In this document: one piece after another, positions 10,046 to 20,705 of the stretch
How positions within the stretch are numbered: the first letter of the stretch is position 1
Layout of the letters: each line of letters begins with the position of its first letter
From: a bacterium
GTDB lineage: Bacteria; Patescibacteriota; Andersenbacteria; UBA10190
DNA: 64,000 nt
Reading direction: 5' to 3'
Assembly (NCBI GenBank): GCA_043811915.1
Contig: JBDRMS010000009.1
Span: 9,960-73,959, forward strand
Notes under the pieces: model-generated
Seen by the model: only the letters and a program-made list of their open reading frames with translations
Told to the model about the DNA's origin: nothing
Database searches by the model: none
Translations under genes and position numbers: made by a program

Positions 10046-10971
10046 TGACCCGGCAGCAAAAAAAAGAAGCAGGCCTTGTTACTGCCACTCTCGTCTGCAG
10101 TCTACTGTTATTCTGGGCATTTGCTGCCAGTATCGCTAGCCTCCCCCACGTCATCCTGATTATTCTCCTCCTTATTCTCACTCTCGCCTGGGTCGGCCTT
10201 GCCGCGATTACTTTCAGTTTGGCCACCAGTAAAATCTCCCGCTCCGCACTCGTTCTTGTTCCGGCTGTCTTTGTTGTCCTCGTCGGCCAGGTCCACGTTG
10301 GCTCTCTGGTGGCCGCCTTACTGCTTGTTATTCTTCTCGCCAGCGCCCAGCGTCAGCTCATACAGAATATTCAAAGCAGAATTAAGTACAACACCGCCCA
10401 AATTTTCTCTCCTGGCGCTCGGCTGATTCTTATTGGCCTTGTTGTTGTATTAGCCGGACTTTCCATTGCCCCGGTAAATGAAAATCTCTCATCCAGCAGT
10501 CTTAAAATACCTCAGAAGTTTGTGGAAATAATCATTAAACCGGCCGAGCGTATCATCACCAGTATGCTGCCCGGCTACACCTCGAACAGCACCATTGACC
10601 AGCTGATCGAAGCCAAGCTTCAATCAGATACAGGCACTTTATCACCAGGCTTCTCTATTTCTCCCGAAGAATTTGCCTCATTCCACCAGGACCTTACCGC
10701 CAGCTATGGCCTGCCTATCAGCGGCCAGGAAACATTGCCCGCTTTAGTTACCGCCTACATTAACCAGGCTCTGCTTAATTTAACTAAAAACTCACCCCTC
10801 TTTACTGTGTTGTTGGCTCTGGTTACCTTCTTGTTGGTAGCTCGTCTGTTAGTACCCATTCTTCTTTGGCCTACTCTTGGCATTATTGTCATTCTCATTA
10901 ATCTGGCTCAAAGGGCTGAATTACTATTTCTGATTACCTTACAGGAACCCGTCGAACGGCTTCAGTTATAA
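10045..10971 (+). CDS. hypothetical polytopic membrane protein inserted between dnaK and dnaJ
   Basis: 308 aa with multiple TM segments. Start overlaps the dnaK stop. No recognisable domain. Confidence 0.5.
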   Translation: MTRQQKKEAGLVTATLVCSLLLFWAFAASIASLPHVILIILLLILTLAWVGLAAITFSLATSKISRSALVLVPAVFVVLVGQVHVGSLVAALLLVILLASAQRQLIQNIQSRIKYNTAQIFSPGARLILIGLVVVLAGLSIAPVNENLSSSSLKIPQKFVEIIIKPAERIITSMLPGYTSNSTIDQLIEAKLQSDTGTLSPGFSISPEEFASFHQDLTASYGLPISGQETLPALVTAYINQALLNLTKNSPLFTVLLALVTFLLVARLLVPILLWPTLGIIVILINLAQRAELLFLITLQEPVERLQL

Positions 10972-10974
10972 ACC

Positions 10975-12042
10975 ATGGAAGACCATTATCAAATTCTGGG
11001 CGTTGAGCGCACCGCTACGGCCCAGGAAATAAAACGTGCTTACCGGCGCCTGGCTCATCAATATCATCCCGATAAAGACGGCGGCGACGAAGCAAAATTC
11101 AAGAAAATCAACGCTGCCTACCAGATATTGTCAGACGAAAACAAGCGCTCCCAATATGACCAGTTCGGCCAGGGATTCGATGGTGCCGGTGGCTTCGGCG
11201 GCGCTGGCAGCCCTCACATCAATGTCAATTTCGAAGATTTAGGTGACATCGGCAGTATATTCGATCAATTCTTCGGCGGGCGCTCTTCCCGCGGGACTCG
11301 TCAACAGCAGGGTGATGATATCGGCGTCGACACCACTATTTCTTTCATCGAATCAGCCCACGGTCTTAAAAAAGAGCTCACTCACCGCCTATATCAAACT
11401 TGCCCGCGTTGTCATGGCAATCAGGCTGAACCTGGCACACCAATTAATAACTGCACTATTTGCCGGGGGACCGGCACCACCTCCACCACTCGTCAGACCA
11501 TGCTGGGCGTCTTCTCGCAAAGATCCGTCTGTTCTGCCTGTCAAGGTGAGGGTAAAAAAATCGTCACTCCCTGCACCGAGTGTCGCGGAGAAGGACGCAC
11601 CTTAAGCAACCGCACGCTAATCGTAAACATTCCCCCCGGCATCGCCGACGGGCAAACCATCCGTATCGCCGGCCAGGGAGCGGCCGGCAGAGGAGGCGCC
11701 CCCGGCGACCTGTACGTTACGGTACACGTTAAACCTCACGCCGCCCTGCGCCGCGATGGCGATAATGTTCGCTCCAGTATTGAAATCCCTTTCACCGAGG
11801 CCGCCCTGGGAACCACTGTTAAAATAGAAACACTGGAAGACAAGAAAAAGCTTAACATTCCTGCCGGTACCCAACCGGGCACCGAGTTTACCATAAACAG
11901 CCTGGGTTTTCCTCGCCTTGACAGCACAAACAGGGGAGACCATATCGTCACCGCTAACATCACTATTCCCAAGCGTCTAACCCGTCACCAACACAAACTC
12001 CTGACCGAGTTTAAACAGACCAGGCGCCGTAAATTCTTTTAA
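10975..12042 (+). CDS. dnaJ: molecular chaperone DnaJ
   Basis: J domain with HPD (YHPDK), a G/F-rich region and four CxxCxGxG zinc-finger repeats. Confidence 0.9.
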   Translation: MEDHYQILGVERTATAQEIKRAYRRLAHQYHPDKDGGDEAKFKKINAAYQILSDENKRSQYDQFGQGFDGAGGFGGAGSPHINVNFEDLGDIGSIFDQFFGGRSSRGTRQQQGDDIGVDTTISFIESAHGLKKELTHRLYQTCPRCHGNQAEPGTPINNCTICRGTGTTSTTRQTMLGVFSQRSVCSACQGEGKKIVTPCTECRGEGRTLSNRTLIVNIPPGIADGQTIRIAGQGAAGRGGAPGDLYVTVHVKPHAALRRDGDNVRSSIEIPFTEAALGTTVKIETLEDKKKLNIPAGTQPGTEFTINSLGFPRLDSTNRGDHIVTANITIPKRLTRHQHKLLTEFKQTRRRKFF

Positions 12043-12719
12043 TTGTGTTCGTTGACTGTGCTGGCGACAAAAGTTGCTTCGTCAGTCATTTCCCCCTCAA
12101 TCGTTACCTTCTGCTGACTCGCCGTTAGCTCATCCGCCTGCTTTGTCTTGCCTAGCGCCGTAAAGCTAGTCAAGCCATTAAATCGTACCAGTACATCTTT
12201 TGCCTTATATTGCGTTTCCTTAAACTTCTTCGCTGGTACCACATCCCGCATATTCAGTCCGGTAACATTTACCGTCAACCAGCCCTGGTCGGTATAACCC
12301 GTGTCCAGCACACGCGCCTGCACAGTCCCTTCCATGGAATACTCCCGATAGTTTTGCACAACCCACGAAGCGTTTACTCTCAAGTCATCCCGCAAAGTGC
12401 CCATAAACACCACTTCCTTACCCGGAGTCGGAATAGCAGTCGTCCTTCTTTTCACCAAACTACCGCTCTTCTCTTCCCATATGTATCTCTTGGCATTGCC
12501 CACATCAACATCACGCACTAACCCCTGTAACTGCGACGGATCCGCCGCGGTGGTCACGTGAGTATAATAAACACTAATGGTGTCCGCATCTCCTCCCCCC
12601 TTAACAACCCCGCGAATCAACACCGTCTGACCTGCCTCACTATTAACCCCCACCAAAGCTACTACTGCTACCAGTAGCACTCCTACAACTCCCCCCGCCA
12701 GAATTGCTTTATTGTCCAT
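12039..12719 (-). CDS. hypothetical membrane-anchored exported protein
   Basis: 226 aa with a single N-terminal TM helix then a soluble domain. Convergent 4-nt overlap with dnaJ. Confidence 0.45.
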   Translation of the reverse strand: MDNKAILAGGVVGVLLVAVVALVGVNSEAGQTVLIRGVVKGGGDADTISVYYTHVTTAADPSQLQGLVRDVDVGNAKRYIWEEKSGSLVKRRTTAIPTPGKEVVFMGTLRDDLRVNASWVVQNYREYSMEGTVQARVLDTGYTDQGWLTVNVTGLNMRDVVPAKKFKETQYKAKDVLVRFNGLTSFTALGKTKQADELTASQQKVTIEGEMTDEATFVASTVNEHN

Positions 12720-12905
12720 ATATAATGTTAATTTATTGTTTAAACTTGTGGAAAACCGCTATATTCAGTATACCATAAAAGATAAAGAAAAGCGCTCATA
12801 GCTTCCCACTACGCCCGCGCCTTTGGCGGGGCTTCGCGGGACAGGCCAACGTTTACCAACATTTGCTTGCCCTGCGAAGTTCTGTCAAAAGACAGAGCGA
12901 AGTAT

Positions 12906-12960
12906 GGGCGTCCATAGCTCAATCGGCAGAGCAGCGGCCTTTTAAGCCAACGGTTGGGGG
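12906..12960 (+). pseudogene. truncated tRNA-Lys(UUU) 5' fragment (acceptor 5' strand through T-stem 5' strand), followed by a GC-rich hairpin region 12961..13020
   Basis: GGGCGTCCATAGCTCAATCGGCAGAGCAGCGGCCTTTTAAGCCAACGGTTGGGGG resembles the downstream tRNA-Lys. It lacks a T-loop and a 3' acceptor strand. A further 12-nt fragment (GCGCTCATAGCT) lies at 12792..12803. Confidence 0.5.
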
Positions 12961-13055
12961 TTTTGAGCCGCAGGCGAAACCCGCCGCAGCCCGCCACATT
13001 GGCGGGCGAATGGCGGGCGATTCCTGTACACTATAAAATAACAAATAAATCTTAT

Positions 13056-13131
13056 GCGCTCATAGCTCAATTGGCAGAGCAGTGGCCTTTTAAGCCAACG
13101 GTTCCAGGTTCGATTCCTGGTGAGCGCACCA
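13056..13131 (+). tRNA. tRNA-Lys (anticodon UUU), CCA encoded
   Basis: Manual cloverleaf. Acceptor GCGCTCA/TGAGCGC, anticodon loop CTTTTAA, T-arm CCAGG-TTCGATT-CCTGG. Confidence 0.9.
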
Positions 13132-13212
13132 GCCTATGCCAAGGCTTCGGCCGGCAAGCAAAAAAAAGACCCCCTTAACACATCATGTGTTTTTGGGGGG
13201 TCGAAGAGAACA

Positions 13213-16200
13213 CTATCTTACACACCAGTCGTAGGCATTCTGGAATAATTTCATCCAGGGACTGGTCGGCAAGCCTTGCCAGCTTGAAGGCATCCACGGC
13301 CACAACCTTTTCTGGAAAGTCCGCTCCGGGTGCGGCATCATGGCCAGGTGTCGTCCGTCAGGTGAGCAAAGAGCTGTAATACCCTGCGGACTCCCGTTGG
13401 GGTTGAAAGGATACACTTCCGTCGGTTCGCCTTCCCGATCCACATAACGCAACGGCGCCAGGCCGACGTCAATAATGCGCCGCAGCATATCGCTTCGAGG
13501 CACGTGCAGCCTGCCTTCGCCATGCGCCGTGTGCACGCCAAGGATGGATTCTTCCATGCCGCGCAGCATAATAGCCGGACTGGGCATAACTTTGACGGCG
13601 GGAAACCGCGATTCGAATCTTCCTGACCTGTTTCTGACAAATCGCGGCTTAGCTTCGTCCGCCAGATCCGGCCATATCACCCAGCCCAGCAGTGTCATCA
13701 ACTGGCAGCCATTGCACACGCCAAAGGAAATCGTGTCATCTCGTGCCCGAAATTGTGCAAACTCCTCTCGCACACAGTCATTGAACAGACTTACCCCGGC
13801 CCATCCTTTGGCCGCGTCCAACACATCACCAAAAGAGAAACCGCCGACAAAGGCCATGCACTTGAACTGGTCCAGGCTGATTCTGCCTGCTATCAGATCA
13901 GTTATGGTAACATCCCAGGGTTCAAACCCGGCCGCATAGAAGGCAGCTGCCATTTCCACATCCCCGTTGCTGCCGCGCTCACGCAGAATCGCCACCTGCG
14001 GCTTAGCCCTCGCCGTCAAACGAGAAGGCAGCGTCACCGCACAGTCAAACGTGACACAATAGGGCGGGGGAGTGAGCAGGCTTTGATTCACTGCCGCTTC
14101 CTGATCCACGCATTCCGGGTTAGCCTGCAGATAATCAATAGCCGTGCTGGTAGCTTCCCAGATAGCCCGCAGATCCGTCATTGGCTCGTCCAGCACAGTC
14201 GAACCATTAAGGATAACACTGATACGATTCTCATCCGTGACCATTCCCAGCAGACAGACCGGAATTCCCTGTAAAGCCATTCGTTGCATCACTTCTTGTG
14301 GCTTACTGATCTCAATTACCAGGCCCAGCTCTTCACCAAAAAGTGCCGGTATGGTCGCATTCGGATCTCCGTAATTAATGTCCAGGCCCAGGTTGCCGGC
14401 GAAAGCCATTTCCAGCAGCGTGGTGATAAGACCGCCGTCGCTGCGATCATGAACTGAAGATATCCATCCTTCTACCTGCATCTGTTGCACTGTCCTGAAA
14501 ACCAACTCGAGTAGCGCCACATTCTCTACATCCGGACACTCATCGCCCACCTGGCCGTACACTTGCGCCAAAGCAGAGCCTCCCAGGCGGCACTTACCGC
14601 CGCTCAAGTCAACAAGCAGCAGGCCATTACCGGCTTTTTTCAACTCCGGCGTTACTTTGCAGATGGCGTGTGGCATACCGGCATAAGCTGCTATTACCAA
14701 TTCCATGGGGGCCTTCATAACCTTTTCCTTTCCATCTGGCGCGACCACTTTGACGGCCATGGACAAACTATCCTTGCCGCCATCCGGTGCTATGCTTAAG
14801 TCCAGACAAATATCGCGCAAAGAGCGGGCTGCGTCGTATAACCGGGCTCCTTCGCCGGGCAGTTTTGCCGCCAGCATCCAGTTAGCAGAAAACCTGACAT
14901 CTTCCAGCGCCGTGATCCTGGCTCCAACCATATTAAGTAGAGCCTCGGCCACCGCCATTCTGGCCATCGCCGCCGGGTTAATAAGACCTATCATAGGCTT
15001 CTCACCCAGACTCAATGCGTCACCCTCGCCGGTCAGGTGACTGCGGGCCTTGACAGCATAGCCGCACAACGTTACATGGTTTGGTCCCACGCACTGTTGT
15101 TGAACCACCAAGCCGGCCACCGAACGATCAACCTTGGTGGTTAAAAATCTTTTTGAACCCACCGCAGGTAATCGCAATACCCGATCAAGCACGTTTTTTA
15201 CCGTTAAACTATCGGGTAGGACTAACGGTTCAGGTTGCGCTGTCGGTCGATCAAGATGCCAGATTTTACGCGACGACTCTCCCAGAACATCCTCGAGGGG
15301 AAGGGCAAAGGGGTACGTTCCGTCCTGACTGTCATGGACCCTCATCCAGCCGTCGCCCGTGATGCTTCCTACTTTTACACAGAGAACACCTTCACGATCT
15401 GCAATTTGTTGAAGAAAAGGTAGTTGGTCTGGCCCAATAAGTATTCCATTACGCTCTTGAGCTTCACACATCCACAACTCGCCGGGCGATAGGGAGCTAT
15501 CACCACTAGGTAAGTACCGCAACTCAACCCTTGCTCCGGCCGGATAAGCTAATTCAGTCAGTAGATTACCGGAACCACCGGCACCAAGGTCACCGGCCGA
15601 CAGGATGGGGTTGGCAGAGCCCATAGCAATACAGGCACGCAATACTCTATCCATGACATTCTCCATTCGGGCATCGCCACGTTGGACAGAGGCAAAGTCC
15701 AGTTCCTCCGTGTTTGCACCTGCCGTCATAGAGCTGGCCGATCCGCCACCGACGCCAATTCGGTAAGCCAGTCCACCTATCTGTAACATAATCATGCCCT
15801 TACCCGGTGGGTATGACTCGAGGTGCTCGCCAGCTACTAATCCCGCACCCACCGAGTACATAATGGGCTTCAGCCATCCGTAGCGAGCTCCCGCATAACT
15901 CAAATCACACGTCCTGACAAACCCGTAAATAACAGGTTCACCAAAGCAATTGCCGTAATCTGAAGCCCCATCGCTGGCCCGAATCATGATCTGCAATGGC
16001 GAAGCCATGTTGACAGGTAGCTGCCAACTATCTCTTTCCCAGGGCAAATCATAGTCGGGAATGCACAAATTGCCGGTGCAGTATGCCGCCCCGCCAACTC
16101 CTACCAGACCGCCGCGAGCCACTGCGTTGTTATCCCGAATACGCCCACCCGTGCCAGTCTCTGCTCCCGGATAAGGAGCAAAAGCAGTGGGGTGATTATG

Positions 16201-17115
16201 CGTCTCCGCCGTTAGCGTGGGATGCCACAATTTTCGCACCGGTCCAAGCTGGCAGGGATAACCCGGACGCGATGGTACCAAACGCGTTATCTCGCATCCT
16301 TGTATGGCCGAGCTGTCGTCGCTAAAAGCCAGCACAGAATTTCCGGGTCTGGCCTTCCAGGGAGCCTGTACAATTTCCATCAGGCTGTGCTCTTGGGACA
16401 CTCCACCTATCACCAGCTCTCCTTTAAAAAAGAGATGCCGGGAATGCTCGGACATGGCATTGCCCCACCACAGCAACTCGACATCAGTGGGGTTACGCTT
16501 CAATACCGTTATGAACAGGTGATAAATTTTATCAATATCCTGTTCATCAAAACCAAGACCCATTTCCCGGCTAGCCCGTTGCAATGCCTTCTTGCCTTGC
16601 CTCAATACGGGAATAACACTTACCGGTTCAAATCCCAATCCCGAGTCCAGGTTGTCTGGCAGTTGCCGATACGGCATCTGCGTCATCCGATCATGCCAGG
16701 AGGCCAGCATCGCCTGTTCCTGTTCGCCGGTCATATTCTCAACCGACAAGCCAAATCGCAGAAATCGCTCCAGTCTGACTACCTGATCCAGTCCACAAGC
16801 CTGGCAAATAGCTACCGCTTGGGAAGAAAATGGAGTCTCAAAGTTCAGACGCGGCCCCGTCATTAACACAGTGGGAAAACTGCTCAAAGTAGTTTCTGTA
16901 CCGGACCGGTCAGGCTCGAAAGTCTCTCGCAACAACCACATTAAGCGTTTCGCCCCACTTTCGGCCAAAACCTCATTTTTCGTCTCCACACAGAAACACC
17001 ATTCTGTAGCCACGTTAAGACTACCCATTGCCATTTTCAGAATGGTAGCCGCGTGAGCCACAAATCGGCGCCTTTCAGAATCAGTCAAAGCCGGGTTTCG
17101 GTAAAAATGCAGCAT
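13213..17115 (-). CDS. purL: phosphoribosylformylglycinamidine (FGAM) synthase, single-chain large PurL type
   Basis: About 1300 aa. Has AIRS-like synthetase domains and a C-terminal glutamine amidotransferase (GVCNGCQ). Likely start is MLHFYRNPALTD at 17115. Confidence 0.9.
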   Translation of the reverse strand: MLHFYRNPALTDSERRRFVAHAATILKMAMGSLNVATEWCFCVETKNEVLAESGAKRLMWLLRETFEPDRSGTETTLSSFPTVLMTGPRLNFETPFSSQAVAICQACGLDQVVRLERFLRFGLSVENMTGEQEQAMLASWHDRMTQMPYRQLPDNLDSGLGFEPVSVIPVLRQGKKALQRASREMGLGFDEQDIDKIYHLFITVLKRNPTDVELLWWGNAMSEHSRHLFFKGELVIGGVSQEHSLMEIVQAPWKARPGNSVLAFSDDSSAIQGCEITRLVPSRPGYPCQLGPVRKLWHPTLTAETHNHPTAFAPYPGAETGTGGRIRDNNAVARGGLVGVGGAAYCTGNLCIPDYDLPWERDSWQLPVNMASPLQIMIRASDGASDYGNCFGEPVIYGFVRTCDLSYAGARYGWLKPIMYSVGAGLVAGEHLESYPPGKGMIMLQIGGLAYRIGVGGGSASSMTAGANTEELDFASVQRGDARMENVMDRVLRACIAMGSANPILSAGDLGAGGSGNLLTELAYPAGARVELRYLPSGDSSLSPGELWMCEAQERNGILIGPDQLPFLQQIADREGVLCVKVGSITGDGWMRVHDSQDGTYPFALPLEDVLGESSRKIWHLDRPTAQPEPLVLPDSLTVKNVLDRVLRLPAVGSKRFLTTKVDRSVAGLVVQQQCVGPNHVTLCGYAVKARSHLTGEGDALSLGEKPMIGLINPAAMARMAVAEALLNMVGARITALEDVRFSANWMLAAKLPGEGARLYDAARSLRDICLDLSIAPDGGKDSLSMAVKVVAPDGKEKVMKAPMELVIAAYAGMPHAICKVTPELKKAGNGLLLVDLSGGKCRLGGSALAQVYGQVGDECPDVENVALLELVFRTVQQMQVEGWISSVHDRSDGGLITTLLEMAFAGNLGLDINYGDPNATIPALFGEELGLVIEISKPQEVMQRMALQGIPVCLLGMVTDENRISVILNGSTVLDEPMTDLRAIWEATSTAIDYLQANPECVDQEAAVNQSLLTPPPYCVTFDCAVTLPSRLTARAKPQVAILRERGSNGDVEMAAAFYAAGFEPWDVTITDLIAGRISLDQFKCMAFVGGFSFGDVLDAAKGWAGVSLFNDCVREEFAQFRARDDTISFGVCNGCQLMTLLGWVIWPDLADEAKPRFVRNRSGRFESRFPAVKVMPSPAIMLRGMEESILGVHTAHGEGRLHVPRSDMLRRIIDVGLAPLRYVDREGEPTEVYPFNPNGSPQGITALCSPDGRHLAMMPHPERTFQKRLWPWMPSSWQGLPTSPWMKLFQNAYDWCVR

Positions 17116-17630
17116 AACAATCGTCCTTTTGTAACGTGTACCTAATTGACAAGGAACAATTGCCAATTCTCCATTGAATCAGCCTCCCATCATAACCCAG
17201 GTCAAAATTTATAAAAAGCAGTTGACAAAATCTGACATTTGTGTAAACTGGTCAGTTACTTTGTTCGTCTCATTTGTGGCCAGGAGCGGCCCCATAGCAA
17301 TACAGCCAGGGCAGCTGCAAAGCTTCCCTTGTCTTGAGCAATCTGGCTTGTCGCGTGAACCTACTGCTCACACGACCTTTTGTGTGGTTTTATTTGCTTG
17401 CAAATATTATCTACTAACTCCTCGCCACAAATGAGCTGATCAAAATATATGGGGTTGTATTATTTTGCCCAAACCATATAATACTGGGTTCTCTGGAAAT
17501 GCTCGTATTCCGTGAATCGCAATAGCATTGTGTTTCGTGGAATGCGTGCATTTACCCGCCGTACCGGCGGATATGCAGGCAGTGTTCATTTATCTACAAG
17601 ACAGCCCCGTCCTGAAGGAGCGGGGCGCAT

Positions 17631-17685
17631 CCTGGGCATACGACCTCCCCCCGCCTCGGCGGGGGGAAAACCCAGGACTTTTTCT
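17631..17685 (+). promoter_or_regulatory. GC-rich nested hairpin plus U-tract in the aspS 5' leader; possible attenuator/terminator of an uncharacterised leader RNA
   Basis: CCTGGG...CCCCCCGCC-TCG-GGCGGGGGG...CCCAGG followed by ACTTTTTCT. It lies about 30 nt upstream of the aspS start, downstream of a TTGTAT-16-TATAAT promoter at about 17452..17479. Confidence 0.3.
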
Positions 17686-17712
17686 GGCCAAAACCTTGCC
17701 TTTTAGAGTACG

Positions 17713-19488
17713 ATGTCAAACATGTATCGCACTCACGTAGGCGGGGAGCTAAATAAAAAACATATCGGCAAGACTGTTTACTTAAGTGGCTGGGTCCATA
17801 CTCGTCGCGATCACGGCAACCTTATTTTTATCGACTTGCGTGATAAGTGGGGGATTACCCAGATTACATTTGACCCCGGTAAAAACAAAGACGCCTGGGC
17901 CGCAGCCGAAAAACTTAAAGATGAATATGTCATTAGTGTTAAAGGAACTGTCGCCGCCCGACCCCTCGACATGGTCAACGACAAACTCGCTACAGGCGAA
18001 ATTGAAATTGAAGCAGGGGAGATAACCATTTTAAGCGAGGCGGCCACCTTACCGTTTGAAGTTTCATCGGACAAGAAAGTTAATGAAGAGTTACGGTTGA
18101 AATACCGCTTTCTTGATCTGCGCCGTCCTCGCCAACAAAAAATATTAGCTACCCGCGACGCCTTTATCACTTACATTCGCGAGTATATGCACAAACTGGA
18201 TTTCACCGAGGTGCAAACGCCCATTCTGGCCAACTCCTCCCCGGAAGGTGCCCGCGATTTTCTGGTGCCCAGCCGCCTTCATCCCGGCCAGTTTTACGCC
18301 TTGCCTCAAGCCCCTCAGCAATTCAAACAACTACTCATGGCAGCTGGTTTGGATAGATATTTTCAGATTGCTCCATGTTTTCGCGACGAGGACCCCAGAG
18401 CAGACCGCCACCCCGGCGACTTTTACCAGCTCGACATGGAAATGAGCTTTGTTATCCAGGAAGACATTTTCAATGTTGTCGAGCCGTTGATGATCGAGTT
18501 GACCGAAAAGTTCAGCGACAAGAAAATAATTACCCGACCTTTCCCGCGCATTCCCTGGCGGGAAGCCATGAATAAATACGGCACTGACAAGCCGGACTTA
18601 CGTTATGAACTAACCATGACAGACGTTTCTGATATCGTCCGCGGCTCTAAATTTAAAGTCTTCGAAGAAGCATTAAATACCGGAGGAACAATCTACGCTT
18701 TGCCTGTGCCTAATGGCGTCAGTTTTACCCGGAGTACTATAGATAATCTCACTGAAGTAGCCAAAGCGAACGGTGTCGGCGGCCTGGCGTATATTCTATA
18801 CAAAGACGAACCAACCTCGCCCATTATTAAGTTTCTGGATAAAGACAAGGTTGCCGGCATTAAAAAAGCCGCCGGAGTCAAAAAAGGCGACGCTGTTTTC
18901 CTCGCTGCCGGTCCCTGGCTGTCAGTCTGCCAGGCCCTGGGGGCTGTCCGCACAGCTATCGCCAAAAAACAAGGCCTGGCCGATGAAACAAAAGCCGCCT
19001 GGTGCTGGGTAGTCGACTTTCCCATGTATGAAAAGAATGAAGCCACCGGACAAATTGATTTTTCACACAATCCCTTTTCTATGCCGCAGGAGGGCTTAGC
19101 CGGCCTAAGCGCCAAAGACCCTACTACCATTCTTGGCTATCAATATGACCTGGCTCTTAACGGACTGGAAATTTCTTCCGGCGCCATTCGTAATCACGAT
19201 CCCGGGGTTATGTACAAAGCTTTTTCTCTAGCCGGCTATTCCGCTGAAGAAGTCGACGAAAAATTTGGCGGCATGATTCGCGCTTTCAAGTTTGGCACTC
19301 CTCCCCATGGCGGCTTCGCCCCCGGTATCGATCGCCTGTTTATGGTCTTGCTTGATCTGCCCAGCATTCGCGACGTTTACGCCTTTCCCAAGAACGGCCG
19401 TGGCCAGGACTTGCTTATGAATTCACCTGCTCTCATTAGTCAGGAACAGCTAAAAGATTTGCACCTTAAACTTGATCCTGATGATTGA
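17713..19488 (+). CDS. aspS: aspartate--tRNA ligase
   Basis: 591 aa with an OB-fold anticodon-binding N-terminus and class II motifs ([14 protein letters not shown]). Confidence 0.95.
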   Translation: MSNMYRTHVGGELNKKHIGKTVYLSGWVHTRRDHGNLIFIDLRDKWGITQITFDPGKNKDAWAAAEKLKDEYVISVKGTVAARPLDMVNDKLATGEIEIEAGEITILSEAATLPFEVSSDKKVNEELRLKYRFLDLRRPRQQKILATRDAFITYIREYMHKLDFTEVQTPILANSSPEGARDFLVPSRLHPGQFYALPQAPQQFKQLLMAAGLDRYFQIAPCFRDEDPRADRHPGDFYQLDMEMSFVIQEDIFNVVEPLMIELTEKFSDKKIITRPFPRIPWREAMNKYGTDKPDLRYELTMTDVSDIVRGSKFKVFEEALNTGGTIYALPVPNGVSFTRSTIDNLTEVAKANGVGGLAYILYKDEPTSPIIKFLDKDKVAGIKKAAGVKKGDAVFLAAGPWLSVCQALGAVRTAIAKKQGLADETKAAWCWVVDFPMYEKNEATGQIDFSHNPFSMPQEGLAGLSAKDPTTILGYQYDLALNGLEISSGAIRNHDPGVMYKAFSLAGYSAEEVDEKFGGMIRAFKFGTPPHGGFAPGIDRLFMVLLDLPSIRDVYAFPKNGRGQDLLMNSPALISQEQLKDLHLKLDPDD

Positions 19489-20695
19489 CGATGTTATTAA
19501 TGTCGCGCCACCGCGTCCTCGCCGCGTTGCCACCCTGCTGGCGCTATTGCTCATTTTCAGCGTGGGCCTGTTTATCGGCCGTTACCTCTTACCCGCCGGC
19601 GAGTTCAAATATTCCGCCCTGCAGTTTGTCACCGCTGAAGATGGCGAGCGTCAGCTCGTCTTTCCTACTTTTTGGGAAGCCTGGGACAAGCTGCACGCCA
19701 ATTTTATCAATGAGTTAGTTGACGAAGACCTTTACTATGGTTCGGTGGCGGGTATGGTCAAAGCCGCCGGCGATCCCTACACCGTGTTTGCTCCTCCCCC
19801 CGAAACCAGGCAATTTGAAGAAAATATTTCCGGCAGCTTTTTTGGTGTTGGCATTGAGATAGGCATTCGTGGTGACGCCGTTACCGTTATTGCCCCCTTA
19901 AGTGGCTCTCCTGCTGAAGTAGCCGGGATTTTAAAGGAAGATATTATTGTCGCCGTGGACAAAGACTCCATCACCCCAGATACCTCCATTGATGAGGTGG
20001 TACAAAAAATCAGAGGCCCGCAAGGTGAACCTGTTGTTCTCACAGTTTTACACAAAGGCGCTTCTAAAACCGAGGACATAACCGTCATTCGCGATAATAT
20101 CAAAATAGAAAGCGTTAAAGCCAGCATAGAAAACGATATTGCTTATATTGCCATAACCAATTTCAACGAAGACACCGCCAATCGCTTTGACCAGGTCGCC
20201 CGTCAAGCCGCCAGTGCCAAAGTCCGCGGTATCATAATTGACGTCCGCGGCAACCCCGGCGGATTTTTAAACACCGCCGTTGATATAACTTCACGCTTCC
20301 TGCCTAAAGAAGCGGTAGTTGTAACCGAGCAGGGCAAGGAGAATAAAGAATACAAAGCCAAGGGCAACGCGCTTCTTCAAGGCATCCCCACCGTAGTACT
20401 GGTTGACGGTGGCTCCGCTTCCGCCTCTGAAATTCTGGCTGGCGCCCTTCAAGACACTCTCTCCATTCCCATAATTGGCACCCAAACCTTTGGCAAAGGC
20501 TCCGTTCAGGAATTTATGAAGCTGTCAGACAACTCCAGCATGCGTGTCACCGTGGCCAAATGGTACACTCCCAATGGGCGCTCTATCAGCGACGAGGGTA
20601 TTACGCCTACCATAGTTGTAGAGCAGGACAGGGAAACCAAAGAAGATGAGCAGTTGCTGCGCGCTCGCGAAGAACTTGCCAAACTAATAAACTAA
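19481..20695 (+). CDS. ctpA: carboxyl-terminal processing protease (S41 family) with PDZ domain
   Basis: N-terminal TM, PDZ ([16 protein letters not shown]), S41 catalytic region (GNPGG, K). ATG at 19481 overlaps the aspS stop. The track ORF begins at a TTG at 19472. Confidence 0.85.
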   Translation: MIDDVINVAPPRPRRVATLLALLLIFSVGLFIGRYLLPAGEFKYSALQFVTAEDGERQLVFPTFWEAWDKLHANFINELVDEDLYYGSVAGMVKAAGDPYTVFAPPPETRQFEENISGSFFGVGIEIGIRGDAVTVIAPLSGSPAEVAGILKEDIIVAVDKDSITPDTSIDEVVQKIRGPQGEPVVLTVLHKGASKTEDITVIRDNIKIESVKASIENDIAYIAITNFNEDTANRFDQVARQAASAKVRGIIIDVRGNPGGFLNTAVDITSRFLPKEAVVVTEQGKENKEYKAKGNALLQGIPTVVLVDGGSASASEILAGALQDTLSIPIIGTQTFGKGSVQEFMKLSDNSSMRVTVAKWYTPNGRSISDEGITPTIVVEQDRETKEDEQLLRAREELAKLIN

Positions 20696-20705
20696 TCATC
20701 AGAAA

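Noticed and set aside
12906-13020. Intron-containing complete tRNA-Lys
   Set aside because: No 3' acceptor strand (GACGCCC) or T-stem 3' strand can be found downstream of the GC-rich segment. Treated as a truncated copy, not an intron-containing gene.
13753-16866. Several 170-215-aa plus-strand ORFs inside purL (13753..14274, 16222..16866 and others)
   Set aside because: Antisense to a 1300-aa gene with clear FGAM synthase homology. Typical GC-rich shadow ORFs.
17452-17712. Specific call of a T-box riboswitch upstream of aspS
   Set aside because: The conserved T-box sequence (AGGGUGGNACCGCG) and a specifier loop could not be identified by eye. Reported only as a structured leader with a terminator-like element.
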